Below are positions 38,501-50,500 of a stretch of DNA of 64,000 nucleotides, piece by piece; within the stretch, counting starts at the first letter, position 1; every line of letters starts with the position of its first letter. The notes under the pieces were generated by a model. The model ran no database searches. It saw only the letters and a program-made list of their open reading frames with translations, and was not told the DNA's origin. The position numbers and the translations under genes are program-made. The stretch is from positions 21,824,001 through 21,888,000 of the forward strand of contig OX597840.1 of NCBI GenBank assembly GCA_951406725.2, read 5' to 3'. Source of the stretch: Octopus vulgaris (lineage: Eukaryota).

Positions 38501-41500
38501 TTTGAATTAACCATGCAATATCTCGTAGCTTTGAGATTTTGATGATGTGATTGTATATTTTTAGAATGGCATTGAAGGGTGGGTGTGAGAAGCTGGATCT
38601 GGCTTGTTTGAACATAAAACAGCATATTTGAGCCAGACGTGGCTGGTTTAAATGGTGAAGGGTTAAAGATTTTTTACTGCTTTTTCTAGCAGGTCAGGCA
38701 ACAACATGAAGGTTCTTTCGGTAACGTTATTATCATGTAGTGGTAGTGTGTGTGTGTGTGTGTGTGTGTATTGCTGTATATTTTGTATGTGTGTGTGTGT
38801 ATGTGTATCAGCTGTATGTCTTATAATGTATGTTGAGACTGTGTGTGTGTGTGTGTGTGGTGAGTTTTGTCTTGTTACATAATGTGTGATTGCATCTTCT
38901 GAGACAATGTATATCTGTTTGTACTCCACCTGCCTTCGTCTTTTGTTTATTTTCGTAAACCTTCCCGTTATATATCTGTGTGTCTATATGAGTTGTATTC
39001 TTTGCCTTATGATGCAGGTGTTTGTTGTGTTGGCTGAATGTCATCGTATATTGTGTATGGGTGTGGTGACACTGAATACACGAATGCTGACTTTGTCTTT
39101 GTCACATTCTACTTTTGCCCTTCTGCTCAACACATGGCTTCTTTCAGTGCTGAGTTCACCTTGGGACACCTGTATTACCATTTGACAGGCAGGCATAGCA
39201 CCCCAGTCAAACTCCCTGACCGACACTACAGGTGTGCTCGCTATAACATCTCATCCCATTGTATATGTGTATGTGCTGGCAGAAACGTTAGCACGCCGGG
39301 CGAAATGCTGAGCGGTATTTCGTTTGCCGCTACGTTCTGAGTTCAAATTCCGCCGAGGTCGACTTTCATCCTCTCGGGTTCGATAAATAAAGTACCAGTT
39401 TCGCACTGGGTCGATGTAATCGACTTAATTCCTTTGTGTCCTTGTTTAGCCCCTTGTGGGTAGTAAAGAAATATGTATGTGTATGTACTTTTTGTTTGCT
39501 GTGATATTTCACAAGTCCTCTGGATATACAAACAACCATTTCCTGGCAGTGTGTCTCTGTTTCTTCTCCCTAATTTAGATTGGTGTTGTCAACTTGGAAC
39601 AAAAGAACCTCCTGGAAGCTAACACCTTCTTTGAGCAAGCACTCAGATTGAACCCTGACCACCAGGTTAGTTGATTCTCTTTTTATTATTTTATTTACAT
39701 TACTGCAGTAGTATGTGTAGCACACATTCTACATGTAATCACAAAATTGTTACCTGTTCAAATAAGCTTGAGGCATATGCGAACCTTTACGAAAGTCATT
39801 CAGTGTGTTTTGTTATGGAGAAAGTTTCTTGCTGTTGACAAATGGTTGCAAATGCACCAAATCGACTCACAGCACCACTGGACCAAACTGTGGGATGCAT
39901 TGCATTTTGGAGTAGTTACATCCTTGTGGCTGAAGCAGAAAATGGAGATCAATACAGCACTAAAGCTATGGGGTGTTCCTGGCTTTAAGGGCATCACAAA
40001 AGGCCCTGGCTGGAGGCCCAGTTTTTGAGTGCTTTTACAGGGCTTAGAAAAACTGAAGGACCACTGCAATAAGTATGCGAATCTGAGAGGGGAATATCTT
40101 GGATTAAATCATAAACTGATCCTCCTGTATTTTCTTTTACTCAAAGCCAATAACTTTTCAGTACCACTTCATGTTTGTGTGTGTGTGTATATCTATAGAT
40201 AGATAGACACACACACACAAGGGGATGCGGAAAAGCTGCTAGCTTTAAGGGTGTCCTGTAAAGCCTGGTTGGAGGCACAACCTTCTGAGTTCTTTTACAG
40301 GTCTTAGAAAATCTCAACAACCGCTGCAATAAGTATGTGAATTTGAGAGGGGACCTACGGCCAGGAACTTTTCAGGATCTCCTTGTATGTTGTTCCTTTC
40401 AAACCATCAAACCCAAACTTGATGAAATACAGAAATTAAATGATGATGACGATGATGATGATAATGATTCCTTGTTACAAAATGTTTTTTTTTTTTAATA
40501 TATTTGCAGCAAACACTTTTCAACTCAGCCCTTCTTTTACAAGATCTTGGAGACCCAGTTTATCGACCTGAAGCGATGAGGAGGTAAGTTGTTCCCTTAT
40601 CATTCCTATGCTGTCATCTAAATAGAAATAACTTCCTGTCATTCTTTCCTATGTTCCTGGAGAAGATTTTAATTAAACTGCTGTCCCTTAAGTTCTCTTC
40701 CATTCATGTTGGGTCAACCTGAGCTGCTCTAGAAAGCAAGTTCTCTTCCATTCAGAGATAACATCTGGCTGGGCCTTTGTTGAACTCTTGATCATGAAAC
40801 TGTGGTTTCGGTTCCTGGACTGGGCAATGTGTTGTGTTCTTGAGCAAAACACTTCACTTCACAGTGCACCAGTCCACTCGGCTGGCAAAAGTGAGTTAAT
40901 CCTGCGAGGGACTGGCATCCCATCCGGGGAGAGGAATATATATTCCACAGAAACTAGGAAACTGGCCCTATGAGCCTACATGATTGAAAGAAGGATCTAT
41001 TTTCATCTATAATAGAAAATCTTTACCCAAGGTGCCACATGGTTGGAAAGCAAAATTCTTAACCTCACAGTTACACTTGTTGTCTGTCTGTTTGTCTAAA
41101 GAGGGTTCTCTTCTATTCATGAAGGTGGTGTGTTTCTGAGATGAGTTCTCTCCCTCTGTCAGAGCCATTTCCCAAGAAGACCTTTGAACCTCATCTCAGG
41201 CAACAGTTACTTTAGTCACAAATTACTCACTTTACTACTTCTCAGGTGAACACAATCAATGGATTTGAACCCACATCTCCAGATTCGTTAACATTGTTAT
41301 TTTGTATTATTGTTGTGTTTGCATCTTTCTGTAACTCTTTGATACTCTCTGTGCCTTAATCTTGTCTTCTTCAACATTTTCTAGATGGAAACTGAAAGAA
41401 GCCTATTCTCTGTGTGTGTGTGTGTGTACTCTTGTCTAGATGTGATGATTGTAAACGAGCATCATCATCATCATCATCGTACAAGCAAGGTTGTTTTGTT

Positions 41501-42759
41501 TCCAGTCTTTCATGGAAAAGCATGTCTAGCCATGAGAAATCTTGCCTTACTCGGAAAGGTTAATATCGTTTCATGAGAGTAGTGGTGCCACATAAAAGCA
41601 TGCAGCCATAGAAACCCTGCCAAATCAAACTGGAGTCTGGGGCAGCTCCCCCACCTTGCCAGCCTGGACAACAGATGTTAAATGATGATGATGATGAGTA
41701 GGTTGTTCTGTTGATTGATCGACTGAGACCCAGTCGTAACCAACAGTGTCTGTGTGTGTGTATACACGTGTGACCTTGTCAGGACATTACGTGATATTGT
41801 AAATGGCCATCATCATCGTACAAACAAGGTTTTTTTTTCTTATTCCTGTAGTATTCATCTGGAGATAATCAGTATTCATCGGGAGGTAATCTCTCTTACA
41901 GATGTGCTGTGTTTAAGAACACAAAATCCAGAACTACCAAACAACAATCAACCTGCCATAACAGAATGTTAGATGCACATTTCGTCAAAAGCATTTACCC
42001 ATTGACAACCGTATTCTAAGAAAAAAGCCAGCCCCTACCATTATAGGAAAGCAGTGACTGAGCAATCTCTTTGCAGATACGTAGATGGCTGTTTTAATTG
42101 AATACTGCTTCGGTTGCTTATAACAGATTCAGCCAGGCAGCTAATTGCAGCATCAGTGATTGTTCAGTCAGTTTCTGTATCAGAAGAGATGGATTTTGTC
42201 ATTAATATTTAGTAATTGTCATTCTCTCACTTCCGAGTGTCCCAGTTGATCTGATCAACGGAAGAGGCTACTCGTGGAATGAACATGCAAGAGAGATTCA
42301 GCAATGTGACAAGGTTGGCCCATTGAATTACAGGTATGACTCACTTTTGCTACAGCGAAATGAACTGGAGCAACGTGAAATAAAGTGTCTTGCTCAAGGA
42401 CACTACACACTGCCAGGAATTAAACTCACGACTATACAACTGTGATCTGAACATTCCTAGGCTACTGACAACGTTCAATGACGCTGAAATGCACATCTAG
42501 CATTCTCACCAGCCACTGCTAGACACATTTTGTCTGTTACTCATAGAATTTTGTATGTGCCAACTTGCGTATTTCTCTCTGAATCACAAAATGGTGGAGG
42601 TAAAGAAGATGGTGTTTGTCCTCCTTGTGTCTTTCCAGGTTGCTGCATTTACTGGAGTTAAAACCTAATGATGCCAAAGCTTATTATTGCCTCGCTATCT
42701 TGGCTGCCGACAACAAAGAGTTTACCAAGGCAAAGAACTGGTTTCAGGAGGCCATCAGA
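22328..42759 (+). CDS. TMTC3: TMTC3 (protein O-mannosyltransferase, transmembrane and TPR repeat-containing protein 3); spliced, 17 coding exons, 3'-incomplete (copy B)
   Basis: Manual splicing of 17 GT-AG exons with consistent phases gives 2112 nt = 704 codons. Motifs recognised from human TMTC3: [134 protein letters not shown]. There is a -1 indel in exon 8 and a +1 indel in exon 9. No stop-containing last exon is in the window. Confidence 0.95.
23287..23423 (+). CDS. TMTC3: TMTC3 coding exon 2 ([19 protein letters not shown]...AVVSVLLM)
   Basis: ttatag acceptor, GTGAGG donor, SHKSYRPL motif. Confidence 0.93.
24460..24541 (+). CDS. TMTC3: TMTC3 coding exon 3 (VCCLFL...[11 protein letters not shown])
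   Basis: ccacag acceptor, GTAAGT donor, HPIHTEA motif. Confidence 0.93.
24600..25446 (-). mobile_element. Degenerate Tc1/mariner transposon (probably maT/DD37D-like) in TMTC3 intron 3
   Basis: Remnant peptides [37 protein letters not shown]...LLNKLK...FVSDEK and MFPFIFPHG; TIR-like end CAGAGGGTGCGATGGGTAAATTG at 25424-25446. Confidence 0.65.
25832..25931 (+). CDS. TMTC3: TMTC3 coding exon 4 ([19 protein letters not shown]...)
   Basis: ttgtag acceptor, GTAAGT donor, VTGVVGRAE motif. Confidence 0.93.
26737..26852 (+). CDS. TMTC3: TMTC3 coding exon 5 (WWFLLLTLL...[24 protein letters not shown])
   Basis: cttcag acceptor, GTAACA donor, KEQGITV motif. Confidence 0.93.
27179..27451. mobile_element. 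hAT (Charlie/MER5-like) MITE; mirror at 13866-14137; partial relatives at ~22653 and ~23943
   Basis: TIRs ctgtgattctcaac ... gttgagaatcactg. Confidence 0.6.
28002..28174 (+). CDS. TMTC3: TMTC3 coding exon 6 (ITPQGILK...[15 protein letters not shown])
   Basis: ttccag acceptor, GTAAGT donor; matches ORF 27990..28178. Confidence 0.92.
28978..29230 (+). CDS. TMTC3: TMTC3 coding exon 7 ([20 protein letters not shown]...[13 protein letters not shown]...RAIIM; DUF1736 region)
   Basis: tttcag acceptor, GTACGT donor, FDNPA and LCCDWTMG motifs. Confidence 0.93.
29425..29600. repeat. ~52 bp minisatellite, three copies (two related ~26 bp subunits); mirror at ~11720-11890
   Basis: Unit GTAACTTACTCCTCCCTTCACATACATTGTTACTTTCTCCTCCTCTCACATT. 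Confidence 0.85.
30244..30397 (+). CDS. TMTC3: TMTC3 coding exon 8 ([45 protein letters not shown]..); 1-bp deletion creates TGA at 30379-30381
   Basis: ccccag acceptor, GTGAGT donor; the inverted copy at 10932-11087 reads CTC TTG ATT CAA, restoring the frame at this site. Confidence 0.9.
30975..31059 (+). CDS. TMTC3: TMTC3 coding exon 9 ([28 protein letters not shown]); one extra T near 31031
   Basis: ttccag acceptor, GTAAGT donor; the inverted copy at 10273-10356 is 84 bp and in frame. Confidence 0.88.
32010..32147 (+). CDS. TMTC3: TMTC3 coding exon 10 ([30 protein letters not shown]...; first TPR)
   Basis: ttccag acceptor, GTAAGT donor. Confidence 0.93.
33060..33435 (+). mobile_element. 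tRNA-derived SINE family 3 with internal (TG)n and a LINE-like 3' tail GTGCTCCAGCATGGCTGCAG; mirror at ~7905-8280; relatives at ~16490-16770(+), ~17480-17960(-) and ~28540-28737(+)
   Basis: GTGTGGTAAGAAG head, GGTTCAGTCC B-box, GGCACCTTGGRCAAGTG core and TTTACATCCCTGTAACTTAGC internal block. Confidence 0.62.
33840..34026 (+). mobile_element. Dispersed retroposon 3' end with (GAT)n tail (AGGAAGGGCATCCAGC...CCCATGCCAGCATGG...TTAAATGATGATG); many copies, e.g. ~30420-30560(-), ~32878-33030(-), ~36075-36260(+), ~36720-36900(-), ~37900-38070(+), ~49304-49448(-)
   Basis: Recurrent motif in both orientations ending in (GAT)n; probably an RTE-related SINE (inference). Confidence 0.65.
34080..34204 (+). 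CDS. TMTC3: TMTC3 coding exon 11 ([20 protein letters not shown]...FPPVIQG)
   Basis: ttgcag acceptor, GTAGGG donor. Confidence 0.93.
34342..34445 (+). CDS. TMTC3: TMTC3 coding exon 12 ([34 protein letters not shown])
   Basis: ccccag acceptor, GTAAGT donor. Confidence 0.93.
35065..35705 (-). mobile_element. Degenerate CR1-type LINE 3' fragment; copies at ~5640-6280 and ~63393-64000 (+)
   Basis: Frameshifted remnants [28 protein letters not shown] and [15 protein letters not shown]. Confidence 0.65.
35834..35916 (+). CDS. TMTC3: TMTC3 coding exon 13 ([27 protein letters not shown])
   Basis: ctctag acceptor, GTAAGT donor, TPR pattern. Confidence 0.92.
37563..37635 (+). CDS. TMTC3: TMTC3 coding exon 14 ([24 protein letters not shown])
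   Basis: ctccag acceptor after a long pyrimidine tract, GTAATC donor. Confidence 0.92.
39275..39470 (+). mobile_element. tRNA-derived SINE family 1; copies at ~1910-2100(-), ~12390-12560(+), ~14775-15060(+), ~17205-17405(+), ~20000-20160(-), ~26250-26545(-), ~27600-27920(-), ~28755-28925(-) and ~59640-59830(-)
   Basis: A-box-like TGGCAGAAACGTTAG, B-box GAGTTCAAATTCC and the conserved core CTTTCATCCT..CGGGGTCGATAAAT.AAGTACCAG. Confidence 0.75.
39579..39665 (+). CDS. TMTC3: TMTC3 coding exon 15 ([29 protein letters not shown])
   Basis: atttag acceptor, GTTAGT donor, TPR pattern. Confidence 0.92.
40215..40387. mobile_element. Mariner-type MITE (TIR consensus approx. TACRAGGGG.TGCTGAAAAGTTCCTGGC); related copies at ~39975-40172, ~22800-22941, ~985-1400 and ~58715-59125
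   Basis: Imperfect terminal inverted repeats cacaaggggatgcggaaaagctgctagc and gccaggaacttttcaggatctccttgta. Confidence 0.55.
40510..40583 (+). CDS. TMTC3: TMTC3 coding exon 16 ([24 protein letters not shown])
   Basis: ttgcag acceptor, GTAAGT donor. Confidence 0.92.
42639..42759 (+). CDS. TMTC3: TMTC3 coding exon 17 ([40 protein letters not shown]); last exon present
   Basis: ttccag acceptor, GTGAGT donor, TPR pattern. Confidence 0.9.
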
Positions 42760-42959
42760 GTGAGTTAAACTTTTCTCATTTTTCATGTCTGTTACTCTGT
42801 TTTCTTTTTATTCTTCTGCTAATCCCACTTTTCTCTGCTCTTCCATTTCACACTTTTCATTGCACACACACTCTACATAACTGGCTTCCTCTGGTTCAGT
42901 CCACTGCAGGACTAAAAATGTGGATAAGCTGGGCTTTTCAGAAAAGAAATCCCCAACTA

Positions 42960-43287
42960 CACACATATAGACATATATATATATATATATACATATATTT
43001 ATACATATATATATATACATATACATATATTTATACATATATATATATACATATACATATATATACATATATATACACATATATATATATATATACACAT
43101 ATATATATATATACACATATATATATATATATATACACATATATATATACATATATATATATATACACATATATATATATATATATACACATATATATAT
43201 ATATACACACACACATATATATATATACATATACATATATATACATATACATATATATATATATATACATATATATATACATATACA
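42960..43287. repeat. (TA)n/(TACA) microsatellite; mirror at ~55812-56140
   Basis: Seen directly. Confidence 0.9.
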
Positions 43288-44049
43288 GGGTCTCGGAGGA
43301 GATAGTGTTAGTTGAAGGTTACCAAACCTGGCGCACACAGACAACTTCAGCTTTATATAGAGAGAGATAACACACACACATTAATACACATACATAGACA
43401 CACACACACACACACACACATGTATGTATGTATGATGTATATATGTACATCTGTTCACTTTCGCCATATTTTTATCCTTCACTTCCTACACACACACACT
43501 CACACACCTTATTAGCTTACAATTTCTTTCTGTCAACAATTGACAACAGAAGTACGCTCGCCGATTAATACTACCAAACTTTAACGACAGAAAGTAAATT
43601 AAAAACCAATTTACCTTTTCTGTATTGTTATGGCAATATGACCGTCGGTGTGTTTTTGCAAATGTGTTCGAATGAGAAGTGAGTTGTGTTTGGCGCCTTT
43701 TTTACTAATAACAAACACACACGTGTGTGTTTGAGTGTTTGTATGTAGTTGTTTGAAACGTTTGAACTTAAAAAAATGTTTGCGTGTCTATGTGTGTGTA
43801 CACTTGCAAAGAGAAAGTACAGAAAGTGTGGTGGTACATAGGAGTGACACTTGAAATGAAAGAGGGAAATCATAAAATATTTACTTTTGTCGAATTTTTG
43901 CTTAATTATAAATTGAAAAACTTTACATCCACGACCCGATAATCTATTAAAAATGATAGGTAAATCAATTGAAGAAATTCTATATTGTAGAATTGTATAA
44001 AAATACGAATGGTTTGGGAGGCAGATAAAATCTGCCTTTTATCATAAGA

Positions 44050-44420
<371 letters not shown>

Positions 44421-44423
<3 letters not shown>

Positions 44424-44647
44424 ACGATTTCATCTCAATCGAAGGAGAGGAGCTTATTTGTCCGGGTTGCGGATCCGTGGAACAAGCTGCCAGACGAGAT
44501 GGTGAAGATGCCGACGACCGCTTTGTTCAAAGCCTCCCTTGACCTCAAGTGGCCTGAACTCTTATACATGAACACCACCCTGTACTTAACTCCATGTCCC
44601 CCTACATGGCCTTGCTATTTGCTTTTGAGCCAAATTAACTAACTAAC
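44421..44647 (+). mobile_element. Extreme 3' end of a second CR1-type LINE with (TAAC)n tail; mirror at ~54403-54637 (-)
   Basis: [41 protein letters not shown] in the mirror copy matches the CR1 C-terminal FSxRV..WNxLP...FK..LD motif; tail ttaactaactaac. Confidence 0.75.
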
Positions 44648-44846
44648 ACATATACATACATATATATATACATATATATATACATATAGGTAAACAGTAT
44701 ATATATATATACATATGATTTTGATTTTGATATATATATCCAGTTTCAGCTAATGAGCTGTGGCCATGCTGGGGCACCGCCATTTGGTTTGCTACACGAT
44801 TTTACCTCACGGATGCTTTTTAGAGTATATGTATATATATATATAT

Positions 44847-44887
<41 letters not shown>

Positions 44888-45034
44888 CATATATATATAC
44901 ACATACATATATATATATATACATACATATATATATATACACATACATATATACATACATATATATATATATACTTATATATATATACATACATGTATAT
45001 ACATATATGTATATACATATATGTACATGTATAT

Positions 45035-45942
45035 ATCCTTAAATCCTTAAAAATGTTTTAGCCGAAGGCCGCGGCCATGCTGGGGCACCACCGCTGAATG
45101 AGCTACACTAGTTTGTGAATCCACCTCTGATACGTGGCACTTGATCAACAAGGGAGTTCGATGCTGCTGCCCGCATCCGCGTCTCCTGTCGTGAGGTAGG
45201 TTCATCTGGGACTCCCAACAAGAAGAGATCCAGTTTAGTTTTAAAGAAACCCACATCCACACCATGTAAGTCTCTCAGGCATTTAGGGAGGATGTTAAAG
45301 AGCTGTGGTCCTCTGAAACCCAAGCTGTTGCAGTATCTGGACCTGTATTTTGATGGTGATGTTGGAATCCTTGGCACCACGCAGTGGCGCCCCGTTCTGC
45401 GGTTGGAGTAACTTTGAATGCCAAAGTTTGGGACAAGACCCTCCAGGATTTTCCAGATGTATATCACTGCATATCTCTCCCGCCTCCGCTCTAGGGAGAA
45501 GAGGTTTAATACCTTCAGTCTTTCCCAGTAGCTGATATTTTGCATTGAGACGATTTTCTTTGTGTAGCTTCTCTGAATTGCTTCGAGTTCTGCTGTTTGT
45601 TTTATATTGTGTGGTGACCAAAGTTGGGAGCAGTAGTCCAAGCGGCTGAGGACGAATGTTTTCCATAGGACCATCAGTGTCTCCTTCTCTCTTGTTCTGA
45701 AAGTTCGGAGAATCCATCCAGCTAGCCGTCTGCATTTTATCACCAGATTAGCAATATGCATTTGGAAAGATGCATCATTGCTCATGTCAATGCCCAGGTC
45801 ACGCACTGATTTTGACTCAGGGATTGCAATTCTTCCTGGGCCAGTGTATCCAGTCTTCACGTCATTTACCTTTGTGTGCCAGTAGCGCAGGGCCTGGAAC
45901 TTACCTGCATTAAACTGCATGTTGTTGTCCTCAGCCCACCTG
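45035..45942 (-). mobile_element. 5'-truncated CR1/L2-clade LINE: C-terminus of ORF2 plus 3' UTR, inserted in the TA satellite
   Basis: Open frame [19 protein letters not shown]...DLGIDMS...GWILRTF...[15 protein letters not shown]...[12 protein letters not shown]...[20 protein letters not shown]...GPQLFNILP...FKTKLD, typical of the post-RT region; tail of TTTTAAGGA repeats. Confidence 0.88.
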
Positions 45943-47560
45943 TATATGTATATATACATATATATATACATGTATATATGTGTATACATATATATACATG
46001 TATATACGTATATACGTATATACATGTATATATGTATATAGATGTATATACATATATATACATGTATATACGTATATATATACATGTATATATGTATATA
46101 CGTATATATATACATGTATATATGTATGTACATATATATATACATGTATATATGTATATACGTATATATACATATATACGTATATATATATATACATATA
46201 TATATGTATATACATATATATATATATGTATATACATGTATATACATATATATATACATGTATTTTTAAAATTTTTTTCTTTATATCATATTATAGCTCA
46301 CGACAGACACATGCTGGGAGCATACCATTGTATGTATATATATGTATATATATATATACACGTATATATATATACATGTATACATATATATATATATATA
46401 TACATGTGTGTATATATATATATATACATGTGTGTATATATATATGTATATATACGTGTATATGTATATATATACATGTATGTATGTATGTATATATATA
46501 CATGTATGTATGTATATATATGTACATGTACGTATATATATATATACATACATGTATATATATATATATACGTATATATTCATGTATATATATATACATG
46601 TATATATATATATATATATACATGTATATATATATATATACATGTAAATACATATATATACATGTATATATATATACATATATATATGTGCATGTGTATA
46701 TATATATATACATGTATATATATATACATGTATATATATACATGTATATATACATATATATATATATACACGTATATATACATATATATATATACACGTA
46801 TATATACATATATATATACACGTATACATATATATACATGTATATATATATATATACACGTATATATACATGTATGTATATATACACGTATATATACATG
46901 TATATATATATACACGTATATATACATGTATATATATATACACGTATATATACATGTATATATATATATACACGTATATATATACACTTATATATACATG
47001 TATATATATATACACATATATATACACGTATATATACATGTATATATATATATATATACACATATATATACACGTATATATACATGTATATATATATATA
47101 CACGTATATATATATACATATATACATATATATACATGTATATACATATATATATACACATATATATACACGCATATATATACATGTATATACACATATA
47201 TATACACGCATATATACATGTATATATATATACACGTATATATACATATATCAATATAATCAGTCGTTTATCCATTTCCATATACATAGGTTGACATATA
47301 TATATATACACATATATACACGTATATATACATGTATATATATATACATATATATATACATGTATATATATATACACGTATATATACGTGTATATATATA
47401 TATACATGTATATATACGTGTATATATATATATATACGTATGTATATATATGTGACATATATATACGTGTATGCTGTATATATACGTGACGCTAAACGAT
47501 ATATATATGATATACGTGTATATATACGTGAATATATATATATACATGTATATATACGTG

Positions 47561-47592
<32 letters not shown>

Positions 47593-50500
47593 CGTATATA
47601 TATATATACATATATATACATATATATACATGTATATATATGTACATATATATATACATGTATATATACGTGTATATATATACATGTATATATATATATA
47701 TATATACATGTATATACGTGTATATATATACATGTATATATACGTATATATATATATGCATGTATATATACGTATATATATATACATGTATATATACATG
47801 TATATATATATGTATACATATATACGTATATATATATATATGTGTATATATACGTGTATATATATGTATACATGTGTATATATATGTATATGTGTATATA
47901 TATACATGTGTATATATATGTATACATGTGTATATATATATGTATACATGTATATATATGTGTATATATATATATACATGTATATATATGTATACATGTA
48001 TATATACATGTATATATATGTATACATGTATATATTGGTGCCCCAGCATATACAGCTCGTATGTATACTAGATATATGTGTATATATATGTATACATGTA
48101 TATATATATATACATATATATATATACATGTATATATACATGTATACATGTATATATATATATATACACGTGTATATATATACATGTATATATACGTATA
48201 TATACATGTATATATATATATATACATATATATATGTATATATACACGTATATATATATACATGTATATATATATACACGTATATATATGTATATATATA
48301 TGTATACGTGTATATATATATACACGTATATATATATATACACGTATATATATACACGTATATATATATATATACATATACATATATACATACATATATA
48401 CACATATATACATATATACATATATATATACACATATATATACATGTATACATATATACACATATATACATGTATATATATATACATGTATACATATATA
48501 TACACATATATATACACGTATATATATATATACACGTATATATACATGTATATATATATAAACATGTAGATATATATGTATATATATATATACACGTATT
48601 TATTCATGTATATATATATATAGATGTATATATATATACATGTATATATACATGTATATACGTGTATATATATGTGTATATATATGTATACGTGTATATA
48701 TGACATATATATGCACATATATATACATGTATACACATATATATACACGTAGTAGTATACATATATATATATGTATACATATATATACACATCTATATAC
48801 ATGTATACATATATATACACATATATATACATGTATACATATATATACACATATATATACATGTATACATATATATACACATATATATACATGTATAGAT
48901 ATATACACACATATATACACATGTATACATATATACACACATATATACACGTATATATACACGTATGTATATATATACACATATATATACATGTATACAT
49001 ATATATACACATATATACATGTATACATATATATATATATACATGTATACATATATATACACATATATACATATATACATATATATACACATATACATAT
49101 CATACATATATATACACATGTATACATATATACACACGTGTATACATATATATACACGTATATATACATGTATATATATATATATACACGTATATATACA
49201 TGTATATATATACACGTATATATACATGTGTATATATATATATAGTGTATATATACACACGTATATATACATGTATATATATACAAGTATATATATACAA
49301 GTATCATCATCATCGTCGTTTAACGTCCGTTCTCCATGCTAGCATGGGTTGGACGGTTCGACCGGGGTTCTGGGAAGCCAGAAGGCTGCACCAGGCTCCA
49401 GTCTAATCTGGCAATGTTTCTACAGCTGGATGCCCTTCCTAACGCCAAGTATATATATATATATACACGTATATATATATATATATACACGTATATATAT
49501 ATATATATACACGTATATATATATATATATATATACACGTATATATATATATACACGTATATATATATATATACACGTATATATATATATACACGTATAT
49601 ATATATATACACACGTATATATATATATACACGTATATATATATATATATACACGTATATATATATATATACACGTATATATATATATATACACGTATAT
49701 ATATATATATACACGTATATATATACACGTATATATACATGCATATATATATACACATATATATATACATGTATATATATGTATATATACATGTATATAT
49801 ATACATATATATACATGTATATATATATGTATATATACACGTATATATATATAAATATATACACACGTATATATACATGTACATATACACGTATATATAT
49901 ATATATATATACATGTATATATATATACATGTATATATATATACACGTATATATACATGTATATATATACACGTATATATACATGTATATATACACGTAT
50001 ATATATATATACACCTATATATACATGTATATATATACATACACGTATATCATCATCATCATCACATACATGTATATATATATCTACACGTCTATATACA
50101 TGCATATATATATCTACACGTATATATACATGTATATATATATCTACACGTATATATATATATACATGCATATATATATATATACACGTGTGTGTATATA
50201 TATATATATATACACATATATATACATGTATACATATATATACACATATATATACACGTATACATATATATATACACATATATATACACGTATACATATA
50301 TATACACGTATACATATATATACACATATATATAAACGTAAATATACACATATATACACGTATATATACATGTATACATATATACACATATATATACATG
50401 TAAACATATATATACACATATATATACATGTATACATATATGTACACATATATATATACATATATATACACATATATATACATGTATATGTATATATACA

